DNA from: an uncultured Gammaproteobacteria bacterium
GTDB lineage: Bacteria > Patescibacteriota > Microgenomatia > Daviesbacterales > UBA10151
Assembly (NCBI GenBank): GCA_964649615.1
Contig: CAZYPW010000005.1
Span: 41,387-94,124, forward strand
Direction of reading: 5' to 3'
DNA: 52,738 nt
Position 1 is the first letter of the stretch; every line of letters starts with the position of its first letter. A program made the position numbers and the translations under genes. Positions 44,847 to 52,738 of this stretch are shown one piece after another. Under the pieces are notes generated by a model. The model made no database searches and was not told the DNA's origin. It saw only the letters and a list, made by a program, of their open reading frames with translations.

Positions 44847-47215
44847 TTTGAGCTGGGTTGTTGGTTTTGGGCTTGTTGGGCTGAAGGGGTGGCTAATGAT
44901 GAGAAAGGGTCAGTAAAAAAAGTTTGCCCATCTTTTTGAGTATACCTTACTAAGGATTTGCTTTCTGAATCAGTGATCACTAAATCTTTTCTTCCATCCA
45001 CCCTAGCTTCTATTATTCCCACAGGTAAGGCTAAAGGTTTATTTGGTTTATCCTTAAGCACTAAAGCCATAATTTCCTTCCAAATAGGAGCAGCTCCTGT
45101 GACCCCAGAAGTTAAAGCTTGCCTCATGGGAGAATTATCATTATTGCCCACCCAGGTTCCCACTACAAAATCCTCTGTATATCCAAAAGTCCAATTATCC
45201 CTTTTTAAATCTGTGGTGCCTGTTTTCACAGAGACAGTTTTATCTTTAATCAGAAGCTGAGAATTAGGACCAAAAGCAGGGGTACGGGCAGCGTTATCAG
45301 CCAGGATATGGCTGATTAAGTAAGCAATTTGAGGGGAAATAGCCTGTTTGTGTTGGTTTTGGGCTTCATCAATAATATTGCCATTGCCGTCTACTATTTT
45401 TAAAATTGGGTTAATATCTACTCTTTTACCAAGGTTAGCAAGAGTTCCATACATGGTAATCATGTCTACCATTTTGACCTCTGCCCCTCCCAAAGTTAAA
45501 GATAACCCATACCTCTCTGGCTGCGTAAAGGTGGTAATACCCATATCTTGGGCTGTTTCTATAATAGCAGGGATGCCCACTGTGGCAGCCAGCTTAACTG
45601 CAGGCATATTGAATGATGCAGCTAAAGCAGTCCTTAAACTAACAGCCCCATGGAATTTACCGTCATAATTGACAGGAGAATATGAGGCTCCCCAAGGATT
45701 CTTAAAGCTAGTTGGTACATCTAAGATAGTATTTCCAGGAGAATAGCCTTGTTTGAAAGCAGTGGCATAAGTCACAGGCTTAATTGAGGAACCTGGTTGC
45801 CTTAGGGCTGTGGTGACATTATATGATCCAGAAATAGGATCATGGTAATTTTTAGACCCTACCATAGCCAGTATTTGCCCGCTTTTTGGATCTGTGACCA
45901 TAGCAGCCCCATTTCTGACATTTAATGCTCCCAGTTTAATCACTTCCTCATAAACAATTCTTTCCACCTCCTCTTGCAGGCTTAAATCCAAAGAAGTATA
46001 AACCTTCAAGCCTCCTTGAGAAACTACTCTGGGGCCGAATTTTGCGGAAAGCAGATCTTTAACATACATCACAAAATGGGGGGCTTTGATATTATTAACA
46101 GGAGGTTTAATATGCAACTGCTGTGAATAAGCCTCATCTGCTTGAGCTGAAGTAATATATTTCTCCTTCACCATCCTGTCTAAAACCCATCTTTGCCTCA
46201 GTTTTGCCAGCTCAGGATTTTCCCCATATGGAGAAAATTGGGTGGGAGAAGCAGGCAGGCCTGCTAAAAAAGCAGCCTGGGCTAAAGTTAACTCGCCTAC
46301 TTTCCTGCCAAAATAGGTTTCTGAAGCAGCCTCAATTCCCCAGGCTGTGCCCCCATAAGGCACTTCATTTAGATACATTTGCAGTATTTCTGCCTTGGCA
46401 TATAATCTCTCAGCCCATAAAGACAGGATGATCTCTTTTATTTTCCTGATATAAGTTTTCTCAGGAGTGAGCAGGGTATTTTTAATCAGCTGTTGGGTGA
46501 GAGTAGAAGCTCCTTCTTGTTGGCCATACCTTAAATTTACATAAGCTGCCCTGAGAATAGCTAAAAAATCCACCCCAGGGTGGGAGTAAAAATTCTGGTC
46601 TTCAGAAGCCAAAGTAGCCTGGATTAAATATGAAGGCACCTCGCTCAAGTTGATTAAAGTCCTATTCCTGCCTTCATAAATTCTATATAACAGCTTTCCT
46701 TCTCTATCATAAAATTCTGTAGTTAAAGGCTGAATGGGGTTTTTTAATCTCTCAGGAGATGGCAGCTCTGCCCCTAAAGAAAAGGCAGATTGGGTATAAA
46801 GATAGATTAGAGTAAGAATAATCACAAATTTAAGGGTAAATCTGGCTGGTTTGGGCAAAAGGAGATTAAAAGCTGCTTTAGCTTTTTTAATATAAAAAGG
46901 AATAAAGGGAGTAGTTCTGGGCCTGCCTTTACTCCGTTTTAAGCGGGGTAGTTTAAAGTGAAAAGTGAAAAGTGAAAAGTTAGGAATAGTTGGCTGCCTA
47001 GACTTTCTAGATTTAGATCTTGATTTAGACATTATCTTCGCGGTCGAGAATATAATGGTAGAAGTGAGTTCAGCTAAATCTTTTAGGGCATAGAAAAATT
47101 GTTTAACAATCCAAAAAGGGATTTGCCCTACCTTAATCAGGATAATTTGAACCAAAAGGAGGCCAAAAAAGGGGAGGGTAGGTTTTAAGTTTTGGCTCTT
47201 TTTCCGTCTTGGCAT
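44843..47215 (-). CDS. Class A penicillin-binding protein (transglycosylase + transpeptidase)
   Basis: ASEDQNFYSH, GASTLTQQL, RKIKE, QPGSSIKP, SFN, KTGT. Confidence 0.93.
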   Translation of the reverse strand: MPRRKKSQNLKPTLPFFGLLLVQIILIKVGQIPFWIVKQFFYALKDLAELTSTIIFSTAKIMSKSRSKSRKSRQPTIPNFSLFTFHFKLPRLKRSKGRPRTTPFIPFYIKKAKAAFNLLLPKPARFTLKFVIILTLIYLYTQSAFSLGAELPSPERLKNPIQPLTTEFYDREGKLLYRIYEGRNRTLINLSEVPSYLIQATLASEDQNFYSHPGVDFLAILRAAYVNLRYGQQEGASTLTQQLIKNTLLTPEKTYIRKIKEIILSLWAERLYAKAEILQMYLNEVPYGGTAWGIEAASETYFGRKVGELTLAQAAFLAGLPASPTQFSPYGENPELAKLRQRWVLDRMVKEKYITSAQADEAYSQQLHIKPPVNNIKAPHFVMYVKDLLSAKFGPRVVSQGGLKVYTSLDLSLQEEVERIVYEEVIKLGALNVRNGAAMVTDPKSGQILAMVGSKNYHDPISGSYNVTTALRQPGSSIKPVTYATAFKQGYSPGNTILDVPTSFKNPWGASYSPVNYDGKFHGAVSLRTALAASFNMPAVKLAATVGIPAIIETAQDMGITTFTQPERYGLSLTLGGAEVKMVDMITMYGTLANLGKRVDINPILKIVDGNGNIIDEAQNQHKQAISPQIAYLISHILADNAARTPAFGPNSQLLIKDKTVSVKTGTTDLKRDNWTFGYTEDFVVGTWVGNNDNSPMRQALTSGVTGAAPIWKEIMALVLKDKPNKPLALPVGIIEARVDGRKDLVITDSESKSLVRYTQKDGQTFFTDPFSSLATPSAQQAQNQQPSSN

Positions 47216-47348
47216 ATTTTTAAAAATGCCTGCCTCAATACATCTTAAATTTTAACCTGAGATAAGTTCTAAAAGGATTGTATGATATTGTTACTTTACC
47301 CACAATAGGGAACTTTGGGTTGACCACGTTCAGTTTACATGAACGTGG

Positions 47349-47377
47349 TTGACAATTAAAAACCCATAGTATATAAT
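47349..47377 (+). promoter_or_regulatory. Consensus sigma70 promoter (leaderless geometry)
   Basis: TTGACA-17-TATAAT; ATG 8 nt after the -10 box. Confidence 0.75.
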
Positions 47378-47385
47378 TATGCTAT

Positions 47386-47970
47386 ATGACATTTGCTAAA
47401 GAAGCTTTAATAGATTATTTTGCAAAGCCTGAGCGCCTAACTAATGCTGTTTTTCTTGTGAGTGCTATTAGTAGTATGGGAGTAGCTTTATTGATGATAG
47501 TTTCTTCCCTGGCAGCTCAAGAGGCTGCTTCAAAAAAATATCTTCAAGAATGGTCCTCAAGATTAAATAGCCAGTTAGCAGGCCGCTTTCCATTAGGTGA
47601 AGCAGAAGCAAGATATAACGAGTTAATTGTTACCAGTGCTGCTCCTACTTGGGTTGAGAAATTAGAAGCAGATAGACAAAGAGAGCCTGTTAATGTGAGA
47701 AATTATGCTGGCACTTATCTTCCTAATGGTGTTGGTACTAGTGTTATAGGCGAAATTACACCAGGTTCTAAAATAACAGGTGCGGTCTGGACTTGGGGAC
47801 CTATGCCTTATTCTCCTGCAAAAGGAAGATGGGCAGCTTTTAGGTGTAAAAATGCTCAAGGTGTAGCTTGGAGACCTGAAGTAGTAGGAAATCTGGATGA
47901 GAGAGTTTGTGCCATCTTTGGTGATTATTTAAGAGTTCCTACACCAGCAGATAAAGCCCCCAAAAGATAA
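47386..47970 (+). CDS. Hypothetical membrane-anchored protein
   Basis: 194-aa ORF with one TM and its own promoter. Confidence 0.6.
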   Translation: MTFAKEALIDYFAKPERLTNAVFLVSAISSMGVALLMIVSSLAAQEAASKKYLQEWSSRLNSQLAGRFPLGEAEARYNELIVTSAAPTWVEKLEADRQREPVNVRNYAGTYLPNGVGTSVIGEITPGSKITGAVWTWGPMPYSPAKGRWAAFRCKNAQGVAWRPEVVGNLDERVCAIFGDYLRVPTPADKAPKR

Positions 47971-48823
47971 GAGTAATTCCTAAAAATTTAGTAAATAAAC
48001 TGATCACATTTTTATCCACGCTAAATACAGTTGGATATTTTTTAGATAAAAACAAGGCTAAAATAAATAAAAAGACGTATTGAGTGCCTTGTAAAGAGTT
48101 TACTAAAGCAGGAGAACCTAAAGAAATAGCAAAGAAAATTAATAGTTGAGAAATCCCTGCTACAGTTTGCCCAAAGATAAATAGGGGACCACCTCTTTGA
48201 AACATAGAAATACCACTCTTTTGAGTTGGTAAAATTTTATTCCTTAGATTAGGTAGTAATAATATAGTTATTCCTATAGGAATGAGTACAAATCTTGACC
48301 AAACTAAGACAGTCACCACATCCATCTTTAAATATGCTTCTTTTAGAATTAAATAGGAAAAGGCAAAAAAGGAGGCTGAAACAATCTCAAAAATCAGTTC
48401 CTGCCTGGATAGCTTACCTTGCCAATCAGTTAAAGTAATAAATAGCATCCCTAAAAGTAAAGCTAAAATAGCCCAAATTTGATTTTGGGTAATTGTTTGT
48501 CCCCATAAAGCTATCACAAATAAAATTAAAGGATTTAAAGTTCCAATAATAGGAATAACTCTGGCAAGAGAACCCACTTTTAATGCTTTGAACATAAAAT
48601 AAGCTCCCATAGTCCAAAGAAGGGTGGAGATTGAGGCTAAAATAAAGACTTCTGGGGTGGGAGTTTTCGTAAAAGGGATAGCAAAAACTGCTAAACAACT
48701 GATTAGGCTAAAATAAAAAACATAAAGCAGGGGATCTGGGATAACTTTAGTTAATAGGAATTTATCAACTGTTACAGCTATGCCGTTTAAGATGAAAGCA
48801 AGGATGGAAATTGGTAAATACAT
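47939..48823 (-). CDS. EamA/DMT family transporter
   Basis: About 10 TM helices; ALVNSLQGTQYVFLFILA. Confidence 0.8.
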   Translation of the reverse strand: MYLPISILAFILNGIAVTVDKFLLTKVIPDPLLYVFYFSLISCLAVFAIPFTKTPTPEVFILASISTLLWTMGAYFMFKALKVGSLARVIPIIGTLNPLILFVIALWGQTITQNQIWAILALLLGMLFITLTDWQGKLSRQELIFEIVSASFFAFSYLILKEAYLKMDVVTVLVWSRFVLIPIGITILLLPNLRNKILPTQKSGISMFQRGGPLFIFGQTVAGISQLLIFFAISLGSPALVNSLQGTQYVFLFILALFLSKKYPTVFSVDKNVISLFTKFLGITLIFWGLYLLV

Positions 48824-48828
48824 AATTT

Positions 48829-48930
48829 AATCTCAAAACTCAAATCGCAAAACGCAAATCTGAATCTTAAATCTTAAAAACTTTTTAGATTTGAATTGTA
48901 GTTTTGACATATGGCATTTAAGTTTTGAGT
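48829..48930. repeat. Empty copy of the four-helix-bundle-flanking palindrome
   Basis: 48883-48906 is identical to 5321-5344 (24 nt). Confidence 0.9.
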
Positions 48931-50244
48931 TTATTTTCCGTGTTCCATTTCTCTTTTATCAAAATCTTTTAATACTTCCTCTGCTGTGACAGTGTGTCCA
49001 ATAAATCTCATTAAAGAATGAGGTATGCCATTGGCTGCAATTATTTCTGCATAGGTTAGGGCAGAAGTTCTTAAATGCCTTTTTTGGCTGGCATAATCAA
49101 CTTCTACCAGGCCAAACCTAGGTTCAAAACCTCTATGCCATTCAAAATTATCAAGCAAACTCCAATAAAAAAATCCCCTTACGTTTACTCCTGCTTGGAT
49201 AGCCCTGTAAACCTCTGATAAATAAGTTACCAAAAATCTGTTCCTCCTGTCATCATTAGTGGAGGCTATCCCGCATTCTGTAATATAAATAGGCAGGTGA
49301 TTTTTAAAATCTGTTAGGATATCAAAAATTCCTTCAGGATATACCTCCCAGCCTAAATCAGAGATATCCTTACCTTCATCTTTAGCATTTATTATTTCTG
49401 GAAGCAATCCATCCTTTTCCTTAAGCCTAGTGTGAAAGTAGTAATTTAAGCCTAAAAAATCATGGGTGCCTTTGGTTAAAACATAGAAGAGATGATTCGC
49501 AGTTAAATCTGTGGCAATTACTGATAGTTGCTCAATCAGGGAGTGTTTATGAAAGGTTTCTATAGATTGGACATTATTAGCAATCCCAACCTTAGAATTT
49601 GGGTAAATTTTATGTACTAGTTTATAAGCTTTCTTGTGAGCCCTAGCTAGATTTAATTGAGTTTTAACTTGTGCCCACCAGCTTTTTTTGGCTCCTGGCC
49701 AAACTTTTTCAATATAAAGCTCATATATATAAACTTCAGGCTCATTTAGAGTAATCCAGAGGTCCACAAATTCTCCAATTTCAGGTATAACCTTTTTTAA
49801 AAACCGCTCAAAATAAAAGGGGGCTTTTAGATTTTCCCAGCCTCCTTTTTGGGCCAGCCAGGCAGGTAGGGTAAAATGCCATAAAGTTAAGCAAACAGCC
49901 ATTTTTCGGGCCTTGAGAGACTTAAAAACAGCCCTATAGTGCTCTATAGCATCTATATCAAACTTTCCTTCCTCTGGCTCTATTCTAGACCATTCTATAG
50001 ATAATCTATGGGCATTGTGGTTTAAGCTTTTAGCCAGATCAAAATCCTGCTCATAAAGCTCATACTGGTTACAAGCTAATCCTGATCTAAACCTGGGTTC
50101 TCTTTTTTGTTCCCATTCCCACCAGTCATTATGAATATTATTTCCTTCCACTTGGTGGGCACTTGTTGCAGCTCCCCATAAAAATCCATCAGGAAACTTT
50201 AAAGTAGCATGGTCATGTTTTTCCTTAAGATGAGTCTTAGGCAT
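48931..50244 (-). CDS. Glycoside hydrolase family 1
   Basis: WGAATSAHQVEG, TLNEP, ITECG, WSLLDNFEW. Confidence 0.95.
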   Translation of the reverse strand: MPKTHLKEKHDHATLKFPDGFLWGAATSAHQVEGNNIHNDWWEWEQKREPRFRSGLACNQYELYEQDFDLAKSLNHNAHRLSIEWSRIEPEEGKFDIDAIEHYRAVFKSLKARKMAVCLTLWHFTLPAWLAQKGGWENLKAPFYFERFLKKVIPEIGEFVDLWITLNEPEVYIYELYIEKVWPGAKKSWWAQVKTQLNLARAHKKAYKLVHKIYPNSKVGIANNVQSIETFHKHSLIEQLSVIATDLTANHLFYVLTKGTHDFLGLNYYFHTRLKEKDGLLPEIINAKDEGKDISDLGWEVYPEGIFDILTDFKNHLPIYITECGIASTNDDRRNRFLVTYLSEVYRAIQAGVNVRGFFYWSLLDNFEWHRGFEPRFGLVEVDYASQKRHLRTSALTYAEIIAANGIPHSLMRFIGHTVTAEEVLKDFDKREMEHGK

Positions 50245-50326
50245 ATATATATATTAGGATAGAGGAGTACACATTGTAAAGCTTAACTGTTGACAACTTT
50301 ATATGCGATCGCATACGATTTTGTTT

Positions 50327-50836
50327 ATGATTAGAAAAAAGACAATTGGAAAGTTTGTTCTTTTTGCTTTGGAAAAAGCAATTGATGGGGTTGTTATATT
50401 TGATGACCTAATACATCATCCTAACTGGTATGCTTATGGTGGAGGCTGGGAATACCCTTTAAAGAAATCAGCGCTCTCACAAGCCTTAAAGAGACTAAGA
50501 GAAAAAGGTTATATTGAAAAATCAAACAACAAAGATATTGATAAGATCATCTATAAATTAACAGATCAAGGAAGAGAGCTTATTTTACTTGGAAAGGATG
50601 AAGATGAGATTGAGTGGGATGGTAAATGGAGAATTGTCATATTCGATATTCCTGAAAATAAAAAAGTAGTCAGGGAAGTTTTAAGGGGTAGACTTAAACT
50701 GTGGGGATTCCAGCTTTGGCAGAAGTCTGTTTGGGCATCAAAAAAGAATTTAACCAATAAGCTTAGGGGGTTAATTAAAGAGCTGGGGATAGAGGATTGG
50801 GTATTAGTAATTGAATCTGAGAATGCGGGGCGTTGA
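50327..50836 (+). CDS. PaaX-like regulator, second copy
   Basis: WDGKWRIVIFDIPE...WQKSVW; ATG 50327 fits the promoter. Confidence 0.8.
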   Translation: MIRKKTIGKFVLFALEKAIDGVVIFDDLIHHPNWYAYGGGWEYPLKKSALSQALKRLREKGYIEKSNNKDIDKIIYKLTDQGRELILLGKDEDEIEWDGKWRIVIFDIPENKKVVREVLRGRLKLWGFQLWQKSVWASKKNLTNKLRGLIKELGIEDWVLVIESENAGR

Positions 50837-50869
50837 CAGAATTTGAGACGGCCGTAGGGTATTTTGTAA

Positions 50870-51214
50870 TTAGCTCGGAGTGAATGCAGGGGAATCTGGA
50901 TTTTCTTGATATTCCCAGCCACGATCAGTAGTTATTAAATTATTCCACTTTGAATCATTCATCGCTCTTTGCTCTTTTAGCAAAACTTTTAGCTTTGATC
51001 TCTCCCCGGTCAATTCGGTACATAAAGTATGGTAAGTAAGATTTTGCCATAGAATAATCATAGACTGTGCTGCAATTCTTTCTGGTGTCATTCCAGATTC
51101 TGCCAACAATTGGCCGCATAAGGCAGCATCAAATTTGATTCCAAAAGGGAAATGGGGACTTTCAAAAAATGGGTGGTAAATTATCTCAGGTGTGGGGGTT
51201 TCTGGAGTTCTCAT
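50870..51214 (-). CDS. Possible hypothetical protein or remnant
   Basis: 114-aa ORF starting right after the VanW gene; no motif recognised. Confidence 0.3.
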   Translation of the reverse strand: MRTPETPTPEIIYHPFFESPHFPFGIKFDAALCGQLLAESGMTPERIAAQSMIILWQNLTYHTLCTELTGERSKLKVLLKEQRAMNDSKWNNLITTDRGWEYQENPDSPAFTPS

Positions 51215-51215
51215 T

Positions 51216-51875
51216 TTAATTTAGCTCTAAAACAGAAACTTTGACCTTTTTCCCATCATATTCAAATTTAAAAGTAATTGGTTTAGCTTTATTATTAGTG
51301 ATATATAAATTTTGCCTGGAATTTGAGTCTTTGGAATAAGGGTTACTATATATAGAAACTCCATACTCTTTTGGAATATCAGGAATATTCATAAAATTGT
51401 GATTTGTAGGAGCTTCAGCATAAAGATTTGCTTCTTTGGCTGCCCAATATATAAGGGAGGCTAAATGACAGACTCCATCCCCAAATAAATATCCATCTGT
51501 CCTGAAGCCCTCTTGAGCATTAAAATGGGCACTAGTGTGTTTAACCAGTGTATCTTTATATTGGGGTAAAACATCATCATGGTAGGCAAAGGTCTGATTA
51601 GGCTCAAGGCTAAACTCATAAATAAAAGGCTTTTTAACCTCATCCCAGTTAATACTTTCTTTGGAAGATACACTACCCCTTAGATAGGCTAAATTAAGCA
51701 AGATATTATCTTTAAAAACCCCATTCACAAAGCTCTCATCATACCTGTTTTCTAAGCTGATCTCTTTTTGGGCAATAATAGGAGGCTCTTCTGGCCCCAA
51801 AAGGGAAGCAAAAGATAAAGGTAAAAAGGCTAAGATTTGGATTTTTTTAATCGTAGACAAGCTCTGCTTAATCAT
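51216..51875 (-). CDS. VanW family protein
   Basis: FGDGVCHLASLIYWAA motif. Confidence 0.8.
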   Translation of the reverse strand: MIKQSLSTIKKIQILAFLPLSFASLLGPEEPPIIAQKEISLENRYDESFVNGVFKDNILLNLAYLRGSVSSKESINWDEVKKPFIYEFSLEPNQTFAYHDDVLPQYKDTLVKHTSAHFNAQEGFRTDGYLFGDGVCHLASLIYWAAKEANLYAEAPTNHNFMNIPDIPKEYGVSIYSNPYSKDSNSRQNLYITNNKAKPITFKFEYDGKKVKVSVLELN

Positions 51876-51966
51876 ATGTTCCTTTGAAGCTAAGTAGTAT
51901 AACAGACTATGGGTTTAATATCAACTTTAGGGGGTTTATTTTTCAGCTAGAAAATGGTTATATTTA

Positions 51967-52683
51967 ATGGTGGTTAAACTGCTGCCTTTTATTATTGTTC
52001 CTTTCCTAATAGTTGCTTTAATTGGTTTTTGGGGCATCTTTTCTCCTAAAAAAGCTACAGATAAAACTGTTTTAGATAACTTTCTGCCTGTTTCATCGGA
52101 GCCAGTAGAGGTGCCTAAAAGCCTGCCTGAAGCTTCAAATGAGGATAAAATAAAAACTTTGCAGGAGGCTGTAGATAAATTAGTTTCAGAAATTAACTCA
52201 CTAAAAAGCAGCAACAGTTCAATAGATACAAGAATAGATGCTGTAGAAGCATCTGATATAGATTTGAAAGCCAGAGTTTCTGCTTTGGAAAATGCTACTC
52301 CAGCTCCAGTTAGCTCTTCTAAATCCACAGTTTATATCCCTTTAGGTTCAGGAGGGGGACCATGGGCTAATTCAGACTGGTATTCTACTCCTGAATATCA
52401 GGTCTCTTTGGATCCTGCTAATTATCCAGGATATACAGGCATGAATTTAGAAGTTACTTTTAGAATGGTGGAATCAGCAGGCACAGCTTCAGTCAGGCTT
52501 TATAATTCCACAGATTCCCAAGCTACTTCATCTCAAGTTGATACCACTTCCACTTCTTTTAGTGTTTATACTACTTCTTCATTTAAATTAGCTTCTGGCA
52601 ATAAAAACTACATTTTGCAATTAAAAAGCACTGAGGGGAAAAATATTTTCATCCAAAATGCCAGAATTAGGGTTAATTTCTGA
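51967..52683 (+). CDS. Hypothetical membrane-anchored coiled-coil protein
   Basis: N-terminal TM, coiled coil, beta-rich C-terminus. Confidence 0.75.
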   Translation: MVVKLLPFIIVPFLIVALIGFWGIFSPKKATDKTVLDNFLPVSSEPVEVPKSLPEASNEDKIKTLQEAVDKLVSEINSLKSSNSSIDTRIDAVEASDIDLKARVSALENATPAPVSSSKSTVYIPLGSGGGPWANSDWYSTPEYQVSLDPANYPGYTGMNLEVTFRMVESAGTASVRLYNSTDSQATSSQVDTTSTSFSVYTTSSFKLASGNKNYILQLKSTEGKNIFIQNARIRVNF

Positions 52684-52738
52684 CCCCTCTTGAGAGATGA
52701 ACGGAAAGCCCCATTACTCTTGCAACTCTTTGTAAAAA

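Noticed and set aside
51936-52328. Minus-strand 130-aa ORF
   Set aside because: Antisense shadow of 51967-52683.

Overview
AT-rich bacterial window with a Patescibacteria/CPR (Microgenomates-like) gene set and standard genetic code; the taxonomy is inferred, not looked up. Core genes: a divergent atpF-H-A-G-D-C operon without atpB/atpE, leuS, comEA/comEC, argS, ndk, tRNA-Pro(CGG), tRNA-Arg(CCT), sortase, mreB, glycosyltransferases, lemA, and a secE-nusG-rplK-rplA-rplJ-rplL cluster split by a vapBC module and a ~10 kb accessory block. A decayed island lies beside tRNA-Pro. The main observation is about 20 palindromic elements built from 7-bp tandem repeats. They fill stop-to-start operon junctions and also sit in frame inside LeuS, NusG, L10, PBP1A and two glycosyltransferases. 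One copy carries a four-helix-bundle (23S IVP/Avd-like) gene at its hairpin apex, and three near-identical empty copies occur elsewhere. This pattern suggests a full/empty mini-element system; mobility is inferred, not shown. A complete tRNA-Arg is nested inside the D-loop of a second, interrupted tRNA. No CRISPR array, reverse transcriptase or intact transposase/integrase was seen.
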